NCBI RefSeq assembly: GCF_006345805.1
Contig: NC_043021.1
Location: forward strand, 21,700,001 to 21,764,000
Reading direction: 5' to 3'
Length of the DNA: 64,000 nt
Source: Octopus sinensis
Taxonomy: Eukaryota
Position 1 is the stretch's first letter, and every line of letters begins with the position of its first letter. The notes under the pieces were generated by a model. The model worked only from the letters and a program-made list of their open reading frames with translations, was not told where the DNA came from and made no database searches. Below are positions 38,571 to 51,850 of this stretch, piece by piece. Both the position numbers and the translations under genes were made by a program.

Positions 38571-39166
38571 GGTATCACAACTACAATTTCTATTTGATTT
38601 TTATTTTGATGTTGATGTACTTGACTGTACTGTATAAAATACAGGTACACAAGCCAAGATACATGGGTTTTTTTGGTGTCTTGTACCCATATATGCATGT
38701 ATATATATACATAGATGAAGGTATGTACATATATGTATGTATATATGCATGTATTTTATTTATTATTTTGTTATTATACATGGGTATAATGTTTTATACA
38801 TGAGCACAATGATATGGATGCATGTATACTTGTGTGTGTACATGCATATGTGTGTGTGTGTGTGTGTGTGTGTATGCCATCTCTGATGAACTGATGAGCT
38901 TTTGGTATTACTTAACCACATGGTTATCTAATATCTGATGTGAAACAGATTTATAAAAATCAGGTGATATGGGTCTACAATACTGTATACTTTGATTAAT
39001 ACATACAAATACACAAGTATATATGTGTGTATGTGTGTGTGTGTGTGTATATATATATACACATACACATACACAGTGCACTTACTTGTGTAGGATTGTG
39101 TGTATATATATATATATAAAAACGTTTTTGTCAATGATTGAATGTGTGTGTGTGTGTGTGTGTATA

Positions 39167-39973
39167 ACGGGAAGCTTTATGAAAACAAACGAACAATTGT
39201 ATTAGTATGGCGCTCAGGAAATATAAATAAAACAAGTCTTTAACGTTTCGAGCCTACGCTCTTCAACAGAAAGATACACAGAGAGAGAAAAACACAGAAA
39301 GAAGGAGAGAAAAAAAATGCGTGCAGTAGCTAACGAATCAACATGGCGATCTGATTTCGGCCAGAGGTCAAAGATCAAACATGAGACGCGAGAGCGAAAT
39401 AAGGGGAGATAATAGGTGTTGATAAAAGGGTTGAGGGACCAGCTAAAAGTGCGTGGGAGGGGTCTGGATGTGTGTATGTATAGGGTTGGTGTATGTATTA
39501 GTATGTATAGGGTGTGTGTGTGTGGTGTGTGTGTGTGTATGAGAGAGTATTAGTGCGTAAGATTGGTCTGGACATGCGTATGTATGGGGTTGGTGTATGT
39601 ATGTATTAGTATGTATTAGTATGTATTAGTACGTATTGGTATGTATAGGTATGTGTGTGTGTGTGTGTGAGAGAGTATAAGTGCGTATGTGGGGTCTGGA
39701 CGTGTGTATGTATAGGGTTGGTGTAAGTATTAGTATGTACTAGTATGTATTAGTACGTATTAGTATGTATTAGTTGGTGTGTGTATTAGTATGGCACATC
39801 ATATGTGATGTGATGTGTAAAGTCATGTGGTGTAGTGAGGAGAAGAGGGGGAGGGGGAGAGAGGGGGGAGAGAAGGGGAGGGGAAGAAGAGGGGGAGGAG
39901 AAGGGGGAAGAGGAGAGGATGGGGGAGAAGGAAGGGGAGGAGGGGGATGAAGGAGGAAAGAGGGAGAGGGGGA
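39167..39973 (-). mobile_element. ~800-bp HHR-bearing insert between ~100-bp direct repeats
   Basis: 39067-39166 is repeated at 39974-40073. The insert end resembles the 35920-36100 element. Confidence 0.6.
39237..39274 (-). ncRNA. Minimal type-I hammerhead motif (family 2, U6 variant)
   Basis: UCUUU CUGUUGA A GAGC guag GCUC GAAAC-GU-U AAAGA. Stems I and II are perfect; stem III is the ACGU palindrome. Confidence 0.65.
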
Positions 39974-41509
39974 ACATACACAGTGCACTTACTTGTGTAG
40001 GATTGTGTGTATATATATATATATAAAAACGTTTTTGTCAATGATTGAATGTGTGTGTGTGTGCGTGTGTATACCATGTGTGCATGTGTGTTTGTGTGTG
40101 TATAATATTATGCTTACATACAAAACCACATTATTCATACATGCAAGTTTTCCATCAATTTATACACACATTTATACATACATAGCTACATACACACACA
40201 CATACATGTAAACTAACATAGTGTATTCATACACACAAATACACACTCACACACCTAAACTCATATATATATATATATATACACACACATTCATGCACAA
40301 GTATACAGTAATTATATCATACAGTCAGCCATGCTTGACCAAGACAAGCCCAGCCCAGTCTAGCATGGCCCAGCCCAGTGAAATTCAACCAACCAAACCA
40401 AAACCATCCCAGCCCATTCTAGGCCAGCCAAGCCGAACTGAGTTGAGTTGAGATAAACCCTACCCAGCCCAAGACCAAAGCCAACAGAAGCCAAAGCCAA
40501 GCTCAGCCCAACGCCTCTATCCAAACCTGTTCAGTCCAACTGACCGGCACTTCATACCACCTCTCCACTTTTTAATTCAGATTTCTTTTTTTTTTTTTTT
40601 TTTTTTTTTGGCTGTGTGGTCTTCTCTTTCCTAGCCACCTCCCCTGTCCTTCATAGATTATTTTTCTGCAGTACACCTATTACATCTTTGGAACAGTATC
40701 TATAATCAAATTGCAATGTGAATTGTAAATGGAAGAGATTCGGCTTTAGAATGATTTTACATTTTGTTATGATTCAATTTCCTACATAAGACTCGACAGA
40801 ATAAAACACCTTTAGAATTTCGAGAAGATGTACACACACACACACACACACACATACACACAATCATACATATGTATATATATGTGTATATATACATACA
40901 TATATACATATATACATGATAAATGTGGAGCAAAAAATAATGAATAAAATTTACAAATTAAGAGGAAAAAATCTAATTAGAATGGATATCATGATTTTTT
41001 TTTGTTTTTTTTTTTGTTAGTGGTGGTGAAGGCTGGATGTCTTTATTGTTGTTGTTGGTGTAGCTTGTTCGATTACCTTTTTCTTTTTTTACTCTTTTTC
41101 TTTTTGTTTTGTTTTTTTTTTAAATTTTTTTCTTCGTTTTCTTTTCCTCATCTATCTTTCTTCTCTCCTCTCTCTCAATATATTTTTTAATGTTTTCACC
41201 CCTCCCCCCCTCTCAGTGTATATTGGCATTTCTTGTTATCATTGTCATTGCTTGACTTGTTGTTGTTGTGTGTTGTGTGTATGTGTGTGTGTGTATGTGT
41301 GTGGTGTGTATATAGATATTTCTGTGCATGTGTGTATGTGTGTATATATATATAGATATATATATATATATATATACACACATACACATGCACAGAAATA
41401 TCTATATATACACACACACACAACAACAACAACAGTCAAGCAATATATATATATATATATAATAGTGTGTGTATGAATTTATGTGTGTGTGTATGTATGT
41501 ACATGTGCA

Positions 41510-41540
<31 letters not shown>

Positions 41541-41725
41541 CTGAGTGTGTGTATATATGTGTGTGTGTGTGTGTAGTTGCTGGCAATGTATTTATGAGTT
41601 CCTGAAGTGTGGGTGCTTTGCAAGTATTTCTTTCTGACTTCATTTTCATTTTGGGTTTTTAAGATTATTGCTGTTGGTGTTCTCTGGGGGTGTGGTGTTG
41701 TTCTTGCTAACAACTAAAAAAACCT

Positions 41726-41836
41726 ATGACAACCACCACCACCACCACCGCTACTGCTACTGCTGCCACTACTACTACTAATACTACAACCCACACCATC
41801 ACTACTACTTCTGTCACCACCACCACCACCACCACC

Positions 41837-41867
<31 letters not shown>

Positions 41868-41958
41868 TTGCTGTTGCTACTACTACTACTACTTCTACTA
41901 CAACCCATACCATCACTAGTACTTCTGTTACCACTACCACCACCACTACCACCACCAT

Positions 41959-41990
<32 letters not shown>

Positions 41991-42165
41991 TTGTTGCTGC
42001 TGCTGCTGCTACTACTACTACTACTACTACTACTACAACCCACACCATCACTACTACTTCTGTCACCACCACCACCATCACTACTACTACTACTATTACT
42101 ACTACTACTATTGCTGTTGCTACTACTACTACTGCTGCTGCTACTACTACTACTACAACTACAAG
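41726..42165. repeat. Compound (ACT)/(ACC)/(GCT) triplet array with three higher-order units
   Basis: The anchor acaaccca(c/t)accatcactactacttctgt occurs three times. Confidence 0.9.
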
Positions 42166-42405
42166 TATTATTAGGATTTTTCTTCTTGATGTTTATGGGG
42201 TTGATTTTGGAGACTTGAGGAAACTTGAGGAAACGTATCAATATGGTGGTGTACACACACACACACATAGGCGTAGACATACATATGTGCATGCCATGCA
42301 TGGCCACCCAAAATAACCCATACGTAAGAGTATTAAAAATATGAACACACAACACACCACACACCACCCATGTATACATGAAGCAATATACCAGCTACAT
42401 TTCAT

Positions 42406-42450
<45 letters not shown>

Positions 42451-42542
42451 TATATATATATCCCATGAAATATATATAATGTATATTTTTATATATATAT
42501 TATATATATATATATAGGTAGATGGTAAAGGTAGATTGTAAG

Positions 42543-42574
<32 letters not shown>

Positions 42575-42806
42575 ATATATACACATACATAAGTACACAC
42601 ACACATACATATATATGTATGCATATATGTATGTATGTGTATATGTATATATATGTGTATACACATACATAAGTACCTACACACATACTTACATATACAT
42701 GTATGTATGTATATATGTATGCATGTATGTGTATACAATATAAACATATCTATATACACATACATAAGTACATACACGCACACACACATCATACACAAAT
42801 TAGGTC

Positions 42807-42841
<35 letters not shown>

Positions 42842-43415
42842 ATGTACTTATGTATGTGTATATAGATATATTTATATTATATAATGTAACTTTCACTTCA
42901 ACACACACACACACACATATATATATACATACACACATACATAGACCTAATTTGTGTATGATGTGTGTGTGGGTGTGTGTGTGTGTGTTGGAGTGAAAGT
43001 TACATTATGTATCACTAGCAAAAATTAAACTACAACAAAATGAAACAAGAAGCTAATAAACCCATTGATAAAAATGTGTATACATGCAATATCAAGGTAT
43101 ACCTGCACAGCTCAGCTCCACCCCATCCCACCCGAATGGAATCTTGTTTTGATATGTTCAGTATATGCAATGTGTATTCTATATGTGTGTGTCTGTGTGT
43201 GATTGTATATGCATGTATGTATATATGTGTGTGTATGTATATGTGTTTGTGTTTATGTATTTATGTGTATATATATGTTTACTTTTATATATGTGTATAT
43301 TTATATATATATATGTGTGTATATGTATGTATATGCACTCCATTTTGCATAAAATATATATTATAATGGGTCTCTAGATATATAAAATGTTTATATATCC
43401 ATTTATGTGTATGTG

Positions 43416-43450
<35 letters not shown>

Positions 43451-43687
43451 ATGTATGTGCATTTGTGCACACACACATGCATATAAATATATACGTACAT
43501 GCACATGTATGTGTATATATGTGTGTGTATGTATGTATATAAAGATATGTGTGTGTGTGAGTATGCATCTGTATATATATATGTGTATGTATGTATATAT
43601 ATGTGTATGTATATATATATGTGTGTGTGTATGTATGTATATATATATGTGTGTATGTATGTATATATATATATGTATGTTTATATA

Positions 43688-43735
<48 letters not shown>

Positions 43736-44155
43736 TATATATAAACATATATATATATCCATACATACATACACACACACATATATACATATACATATAT
43801 ACACATACATGCACATAAAGTTTGTAACAAGCTCACAACTTGTTTCTAACTAATATGGTAGATAAGAATTCCTGTAGAAATATACCATTAAGTAGAGTTA
43901 GTGCTGGACTGGAATGATACGGAGAGAAAATGTAATTTAAAATTTTTTGAACATTAGTTTGAAGATAATGTACTCAATATTTCCATATTCTTTGACTAAA
44001 AACAAAACACAGAACGAATACGAGTGTGGGAGTGAGTGGAGGGGGGTGCAACTTGCATGTGTGTGTGTGTAAGAGCAACTGCAGTGTTTGATGTCTGCTT
44101 TACCATGCTAGCTTGTGTGGATTGGCTGGTACTCAACGTTGTTTTTTTTTTGAGG

Positions 44156-44384
44156 TACTCTTTTACTCTTTTACTTGTTTCAGTCATTTGACTGCGGCCA
44201 TGCTGGGGCACCGCCTTTAATTGAGCAACTCGATCCCGGGACTTATTCTTTTGTAAGCCCAGTACTTATTCTATCGGTCTCATTTTGCCGAACTGCTAAG
44301 TGACGGGGACATACACACACCAGCATCGGTTGTCAGGCAATGCTAGGGGGACAAACACAGACACACAAACACACACACACAAAC

Positions 44385-44416
<32 letters not shown>

Positions 44417-44576
44417 GGCTTCTTTCAGTTTCCATCTACCAAATCCACTCACAAGGCTTTGGTCGGCCCGAGGCTATAGCAGAAGACACTTGCCCAAGAT
44501 ACTACGCAGTGGGACTGAACCCGGAACCATGTGGTTGGTAAACAAGCTACTTACCACACAGCCACTCCTGCGCCTA
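44156..44576 (-). mobile_element. SINE family A, full length
   Basis: Matches the family consensus. Confidence 0.9.
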
Positions 44577-44689
44577 TGTATTTTTGCTGGATGCTCTTCC
44601 TGTCACTAACTTATTCAACTCTTTCACCTCGTACATCACCCTCGAGTGTGTTGTACATATTCCAACAGCAGGATCTGCTCAGTAGTCTG

Positions 44690-45000
44690 TGTATGTGTTA
44701 GGGTGTTCAGCTCACAACTGTAAGGTTGTGAGTTCAATGCTCAGTGGCATGTTGTCTCCTTGAGCAAGACACTTTATTTCACATTTCTCCAGTTCACTCC
44801 GCTGGCAAAAATGAGTTGTACCTGTATTTCAGACGCCAGCCTTGTCACACTCTGTGTTACACTGAATCTCCCTGAGAACTACGTTAAGGGTATGCATGTC
44901 TGTGGAGTATTCAGCCACTTGAATGTTACTTCCACAAGCAGGCTTTTCCATTGATTGGATCAACTGGAATTCTTGTTGTCATAACCAACAGAGTGCCAGT
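44690..45000 (+). mobile_element. SINE related to family D
   Basis: Shares gttgtacctgtatttca...gagaactacgttaagggt with 22760-22950. Confidence 0.7.
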
Positions 45001-45338
45001 AGTGTATATATATATATATAAAAGGGAGATGTCCTGTAAGTGGACATCCATTATGCTAGAAGAAGATCCGCTATGGTCTTACCACTAAGAAAGGAATGTT
45101 CTCAAGAAAATTTTGCAAATGCCAGAATGTAAGCAAGCAAGTCAAATAAAAAGATACAAAATATAGATTAATCTAAAGCCAGGTTTTATTGTTAATGCTA
45201 ACGTAATAATTTGCATAATTATCTGCAGCTCATCAGCATGATCGTCTTCGCAAATATAATTTGCAGAACTATACACAGAACATCTGCTTGAGATTGAACA
45301 TGTATACAGTTCTACCAATTACAATTGGGGCGACATTT

Positions 45339-45386
<48 letters not shown>

Positions 45387-45793
45387 CATACATACATGGA
45401 TTGATGGAATTTCATAAATGACAGAGAAATACTTTCATGAAATTTTAACAAAAAGACAATTCAAGTAACATGACAAATATCCTCTTAGTGTTATCGCATT
45501 AGAATTAAAAGTGAAAGAATGAAAGTGAAACAGTATTATATCACATTACACTATAGATGTTATTGTTTCACTTTTGACAGTCTAAAAGTTTGCTCCGGGC
45601 CTGCATTAGGCAAGAAACTGACACTTCATGGACCAAAAGTAATGCATGTGTAAAATTTATGGACCCTAAGTAATGCATGTGTGAAATTTGAATGAAATTG
45701 GTTGGGCATTTCTCAAGTTTTAGGGCTTCATACACACATATTCTCAGTTTTATGTGTATAGATAGATAAATGTTTTGTAGAATGATATATTAA

Positions 45794-45994
45794 CTCTTTT
45801 GATGCCAATGTGGCTGAAACTGCCTCTGGCTCTGTTTTCAAAAGTTCTGAATTAAAATCTTCCATCTTAGTCACAATTTATGTTCCTAACACCAGCTAAA
45901 TGATAACTAATTTATTTTACTAAATTCTTTGTTATATTTCAAATTAATTGAAAGAAACACAGAGCATCGCTACAGAAATATGGTAACGAAAAGG
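45794..45994. mobile_element. Second TTAA-type MITE family
   Basis: TTAA|ctcttttgatg ... ggtaacgaaaagg|TTAA. Confidence 0.6.
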
Positions 45995-46322
45995 TTAAAG
46001 AGATTTTTTTTTATGAGAAATACTGGATTACCTGAATCCGTATATGTGGCTTAAATTCACACACACACAAACACACACATAGCTGGAAAAAGATTAGAGA
46101 TCTATACAAATCAAATTTTTACATATAAAAAAGATGGAGGTGGAAATAGAACAGAATTTCAAATTTTCATAAAAACTTTTACTAATATTTGATCAGATTA
46201 AATACATCGAAACTGGTAATATAAATATTTTCATTTATATAATTTTTTATCAAATTCTTTCTTAAACTGAATCGTCTTAGGCTTTATTCTGTGCTATTTC
46301 CACCTCCACCGTTTATATGTAT

Positions 46323-46625
46323 ATCATCATCATCATCATCTTCATCATCGTTTAACATCCGCTTTCCATGCTAGCATGGGTTGGACGATTTGACTGAGGT
46401 CTGGCAAACCAGATGGCTGCACCAGGCTCCAATCTGATCTTGCAGAGTTTCTACAGCTGGATGCCCTTCCTAACGCCAACCACTCCGAGAATGTAGTGGG
46501 TGCTTTTACAGGCCACTAGAACAAGGGCCAGTCAGGCGGTACTGGCAACGGCCACACTCAAATGGTGCTTTTTATGTGCCACCTGCACAGGAGCCAGTCC
46601 AGCGGCACTGGCAACGACCTTACTT
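46323..46625 (-). mobile_element. SINE family C
   Basis: Family tail and core. Confidence 0.85.
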
Positions 46626-46739
46626 GAATGATTTTTCACATGCCTCCAACATAAGTGCCAATAAGTCAACGCAGGTAACGATCATGCTCAAATGGTGCTT
46701 TATATATTTCAGCCCTTTTTCTTTGTTTTTTTTTTACTT

Positions 46740-47468
46740 CCATCAGTCATTAGACTATGGCCATACTGGTGCGCTGCCTTGAAGAACTTTTTGAAGCCTG
46801 GTGCTTATTCTGATGGTTTCCTTTACCGAATCGCTAAGTTACGGGTACGTAGACACACCAATATTGGTTGTCAAGTGGTGGTAGGGAACAAACACACACA
46901 CAAACTCAGTCACACATACACACACATACATATGGGCTTCTTTCAGTTTCCGTCTACCGAATCCACTCACAAAGCTTTGGTCTTAGCCCGAGGCTATAGC
47001 TGAAGACACTTGCCCAAGGTGTCATGAAGTGGGACTGAACCCTGAACCACGTGGTTTGGGAAGCAAACTTCTTACCACACAGCCGCAAATGCACTTTACT
47101 CTTTACTCTTTTACTTGTTTCAGTCATTTGACTGCGGCCATGCTGGAGCACCGCCTTTAGTCGAGCAAATCGACCCTGGGACTTATTCTTTGTAAGCCCA
47201 GTACTTATTCTATCGGTCTCTTTTGCCGAAACGCTAAGTGACAGGGCCGTAAACACACCAGCATCGGTGTCAAGCAATGCTAGGGAGACAAAACCAGACA
47301 TACAAACCAAACACATACATATATATATATACATATATACGACAGGCTTCTTTCAGTTTCCGTCTACCAAATCCACTTACAAGGCATTGGTCGGCCCGGG
47401 GCTATAGCAGAAGACACTTGCCCAAGATGCCATGCAGTGGGACTGAACCCGGAACCACACAGCCACAA
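46740..47468 (-). mobile_element. Two tandem SINE family A copies (one degenerate)
   Basis: Matches the family consensus. Confidence 0.8.
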
Positions 47469-47899
47469 ATGCACTTTCTGGAATTATCCATGAAATCTCT
47501 CTTGGCTCGCACATTACCATACATAATTACGAAGGATGCATTGAATAACGAGCCCCTTAATACACAAAATCAGTGAGCGGAACACAGGTTTGGTTGATAA
47601 GGGTTGATTGAGGTCCTGTGACCATGGAAAACATAAAGGGGTGGATAATGTGGACATTATCCACCCCTTTATGGAATACTCTAGGGGAAACAGAGATAAC
47701 TGAATATGGTTAGTGATTTAGTGTAGTACTACGAATTCTGTTAGGTATCTATTTAGTTAATTACTCATTTTGGAACCATTAATGAGCTTGTGATAACGAC
47801 ATCGTCAAAGGATCGATTAGGATGAGAAATGATTTTGAGGTGGTGACCAGCCAGCATGGGTACTTACGTGTAGGGTGCTTAGGTGAAGAATTATGATGA

Positions 47900-48440
47900 G
47901 GCTAAAGGGAGAGGGAAGAAGAAGGAGATGAGAGGAAGGAGGAGAAAGATTTGAGGAAGAAAATGAAGGAAAAGAAGTCACAGGAGAGGGTGAGGGAGTG
48001 GAGAAAAGAAAGGGATGAAGTGGGAGGTGAAGATGTGAGGAGAGAGGAGAATGATTTGAAGAGGAAAATGAAAGAAAAGAGGTGGAAGGAGATGATGAGG
48101 GGCTAGAGAGAAGAAAGGGATGGAGAAGAAAATGAAAGGAAAGAAGTCATAGGAGAGGGTGAGGGAGTGGAGAAAAGAAAGGGATGAAGAAGGGATGAAG
48201 TGGGAGGTGAAAATGTGAGGAGAGAGGAGAATGATTTGAAGAGGAAAATGAAAGAAAAGAAGTGGAAGGAGATGATGAGGGGCTAGAGAGAAGAAAGGGA
48301 TGGAGAAGAAAATGAAAGGAAAGAAGTCATAGGAGAGGGTGAGGGAGTGGAGAAAAGAAAGGGATGAAGAAGGGATGAAGTGGGAGGTGAAGATGTGAGG
48401 AGAGAGGAGAATGATTTGAAGAGGAAAATGAACAAGGAGT
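47900..48440 (+). repeat. Purine-rich ~170-180-bp tandem repeat (~3 copies)
   Basis: The anchor gaaagaagtca(c/t)aggagagggtgagggagtggagaaaagaaagggatgaag occurs three times. Confidence 0.9.
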
Positions 48441-49264
48441 CAAAGGAGATGATGTGGCGGGGGTGGGGGGAAGAGATGATATAAAAAGAGGAAGAGGAGA
48501 GGAGGAAAAGGAGGAAGGAGAGAAGAGAAGGAAGCGAAAGAGAAAGAAGGAAGGAAAAAAAAAGACAAATGAGAAAGATTGGAGAAAATAAATGATGCTG
48601 ATCGTGATGACGATGACGACGACGGACGACGATGGCGATGATGATGATGGCGGAGATCATCTACTTCTATCTTCAACATCTCCTTCAAATACTTTCTGGC
48701 ATTAGAAACGGTGGAGGGGGGAAGAGGAGGTGAGGAGGAGGATGAGGAGGAGGATGAGGAGGAGTGGTTGAGTATTGTTTTGTAGATGTAACGACTTTAA
48801 TTAAGAGGGTGGGATTCTTTTCAAACGATGCTCTCTCTTCGCTAAGAGCAGCAGAAACGACGAGAAGGAGAGAGAGGAGGTGGAGAAGAAGAAGAAGAAG
48901 AAGGAGAAGACAAGAAAAGAAAAAGAGGAAGAAACTTGCCAAAGAGTTTCTTCTCTTTCTCTGAAGGATGTCTGTAAGAATCTGAAGAACCCCGGCATTG
49001 AGGAAAAACAAAAGGCACGGAATAACACGCGTGATTGCAAGACGCATACGAATGACTGTGTGTGTGTGTGTGTGTGTGTGTTTATGCATTGATCTGTGTA
49101 TGAACCCGTGTGTGTGCGTATTAGCATGTGGTCGTGTGTGTGTGTGTGTCTTGGCTTCGTTTTCACCTTATCCTGTTTACTGGCTTAATCACAATGAAAG
49201 GTGCAAGATTACAGAAAATGGAATTTCTCTTATTGGAGATTAGATTATCTCTTCATTTCACACC

Positions 49265-49597
49265 TGTAGTAATAGTAGTAGTAGTAGTAGTGGTAGTAGT
49301 AGTAGTAGTAATAGTAGTAGTAGTAGTAGTGGTAATAGTAGTAGTAGCAGCAGCATCAGCATCACCATCAGTAGTAGTAGTAGTGGTGGTGGTGGTGGTG
49401 GTGGTGGTGGCGATGGTGGCAGCAGTAGTACTGTTGGTGGTAGTGGTAGTAATAGTAGTGGTAATTGTGGTTATGGTGGTGGTGTGTTAGTAACACTGAG
49501 GGTGGTAGTAGTAGTAATAGTAGTAGTAGTAATAGTAGTAATAGTAGTAGTAGTAGTAGCAGCAGCAGCATCACCATCAGTAGTAGTAGTAGTAGTG

Positions 49598-49628
<31 letters not shown>

Positions 49629-50085
49629 CAGCAGCAGCAGCAGCAGCATCACCATCAGTAGTAGTGGTGGCGATGGTAGCAGCAGTAGTAGTGGTGGCAG
49701 TAGTGGTAGTAATAGTAGTGGTAATTGTGGTTATGGTGGTGGTGTGTTAGTAACACTGAGGGTGGTAGTAGTAGTAATAGTAGTAGTATCAGCGTCAGCA
49801 GCAGCATCACCATCAGTAGTAGTAGTGGTGGTGGTGGTGGTGGGTTTGGTGGTGGTGGATATGGTTGTGGTGGTGGCAGTGGCAGTGGTGTTAGTAATTA
49901 GTGCTGGTGGTAGCCACAGCAGTGGTGGTGGTGGTGGCGATGGTGTGGTGGCAGCAGTCATGGTGCTGGCGGTAGTGGTAGTAGTAGTAGTGGTAATTTT
50001 GGTTATGGTGGTGGTGGTAGTGGTGGTGTGTTAGTAACACTGAGGGTGGTAGTAGTAGTAGTGGTAGTAGTAATGGTAATATGAA
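49265..50085. repeat. Compound (AGT)/(GGT)/(AGC) triplet array with ~260-285-bp higher-order units
   Basis: The anchor gtgttagtaacactgagggtggtag occurs three times. Confidence 0.9.
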
Positions 50086-50202
50086 GAGGATGAGGGGGAG
50101 TAGCAGCCTGACTCAAGTGATATAAGCTTTACTTTCTGTCTGGCTTTATCTAGCAAACCAGACATTTTTGGTGACATCGAAATATTGGTTTATATATGAA
50201 TA

Positions 50203-50614
50203 TGAGTGGCTGTGTGGTAAGTAGCTTGCTAACCAACCACATGGTTCCGGGTTCAGTCCCACTGTGTGGCACCTTCGGCAAGTGTCTTCTGTTATAGCCT
50301 CGGGCCGACCAAAGCCTTGTGAGTGGATTTGGTAGACGGAAACTGAAAGAAGCCTGTCGTATTATATGTATATATATATATATATATTATATATATATAT
50401 GTATGTTTGTGTGTCTGTGTTTGTCCCCCTAGCATTGCTTGACAACCGGTGCTGGTGTGTTTACGTCCCCGTCACTTAACGGTTCGGCAAAAGAGACCGA
50501 TAGAATAAGTACTGCGCTTACAAAGAATAAGTCCCAGGGTCGATTTGCTCGACCAAAAGCGGTGCTCCAGCATGGCCGCAGTCAAATGACTGAAACAAAT
50601 AAAAGAGTAAAAGA

Positions 50615-50616
<2 letters not shown>
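50203..50616 (+). mobile_element. SINE family A
   Basis: Matches the family consensus. Confidence 0.9.
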
Positions 50617-50657
<41 letters not shown>

Positions 50658-50675
50658 ATTTATTTATAATAGAGG

Positions 50676-50707
<32 letters not shown>

Positions 50708-51042
50708 TTCTCTCTCTCCTTCTCTTGCTGTTGCTGTCACATGACCATGGGAGGAAGAGCAAAGATTGGGAGAGTCTTTGTTGGGACACTTTTTAATCAG
50801 AGATCTGATGGATCAAGTAGGACCTGGGGGTTAAACGGCAGCAACAACAACAACTATGATGATGATGATGATGATGATGATGATCACACTACCACCACCA
50901 TCACCTCCACCATCTAGAACAAGCACTACACCACTATCACCATCACCACCATCACCATCACCACCATCCCAACATCAACAAAGATAACAGCTGTCTCAAT
51001 GTCAATAAATTAGGGAAGCCGTCATTAAATTGTTCTTGGTCT

Positions 51043-51238
51043 TACTCTCTTTACTCTTTTACTTGTTTCAGTCATTTGACTGCGGCTATGCTGGAGCACC
51101 GCCTTTAATCGAGCAACTCGACCCCCGGACTTATTCTTTGTAAGCCCAGTACTTATTCTATCGGTCTCTTTTGCCGAACCACTAAGTGACGGGGACGTAA
51201 ACACACCAGCATCGGTTGTCAGGCAATGCTAGGGGGAC
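51043..51238 (-). mobile_element. SINE family A 3' half
   Basis: Matches the family consensus. Confidence 0.85.
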
Positions 51239-51435
51239 TAAAAGAATCATAACAAACTGTCACAGTCATCATCATCATCATCATCATCATCATTGTCAAT
51301 GTCATCATCACAATAATCATCAACCTCATCAATACCGCCAGCATCATGATCATTGACATCATCATCGTTGTCATCATCATCATCCTCATTATTGTCATCA
51401 CCATTATCATAATCATCATCACTACCACCAACACT

Positions 51436-51850
51436 ACCTATTTCTTCACTACCCACAAGGCGCTAAACACAGAGGACAAACAAGGACAGACAAACAGATT
51501 AAGTCGATTATATTGACCCCAGTGTGTAACTGGTACTTAATTTATCGACCCTGAAAGGATGAAAAGTAAAGTTGACCTTGGCGGAATTTGAACTCAGAAC
51601 GTAAAGACAGACGAAATACCTATTTCTTTACTACCCACAAGGCGCTAAACACAGAGGACAAACAAGGACAAACGAAGGGATTGAGTCGATTATATTGACC
51701 CCAGTGCATAGCTGGTACTTATTTAATCAACCCCAAAAGGATAATAGGCAAAGTTGACTTCGGCGGAATTTGAACTCAGAACGTAACAGCAGACGAAATA
51801 CGGCTACGCATTTCGCCCGGCGTGCTAACGTTTCTGCCAGCTCGCCACCT
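51436..51850 (-). mobile_element. SINE family B head-to-tail dimer
   Basis: Junction gacgaaatac|ctatttcttt at ~51618. Confidence 0.9.

Noticed and set aside
38883-38950. CTGATGA...GAAAC spacing suggesting another hammerhead
   Set aside because: No stem II pairing and no NUH triplet closing stem III.
41707-42379. Mucin-like poly-Thr/poly-Val/poly-Ser ORFs (also 49128-50034)
   Set aside because: These are triplet-repeat arrays open in several frames on both strands, with no supporting splice structure.
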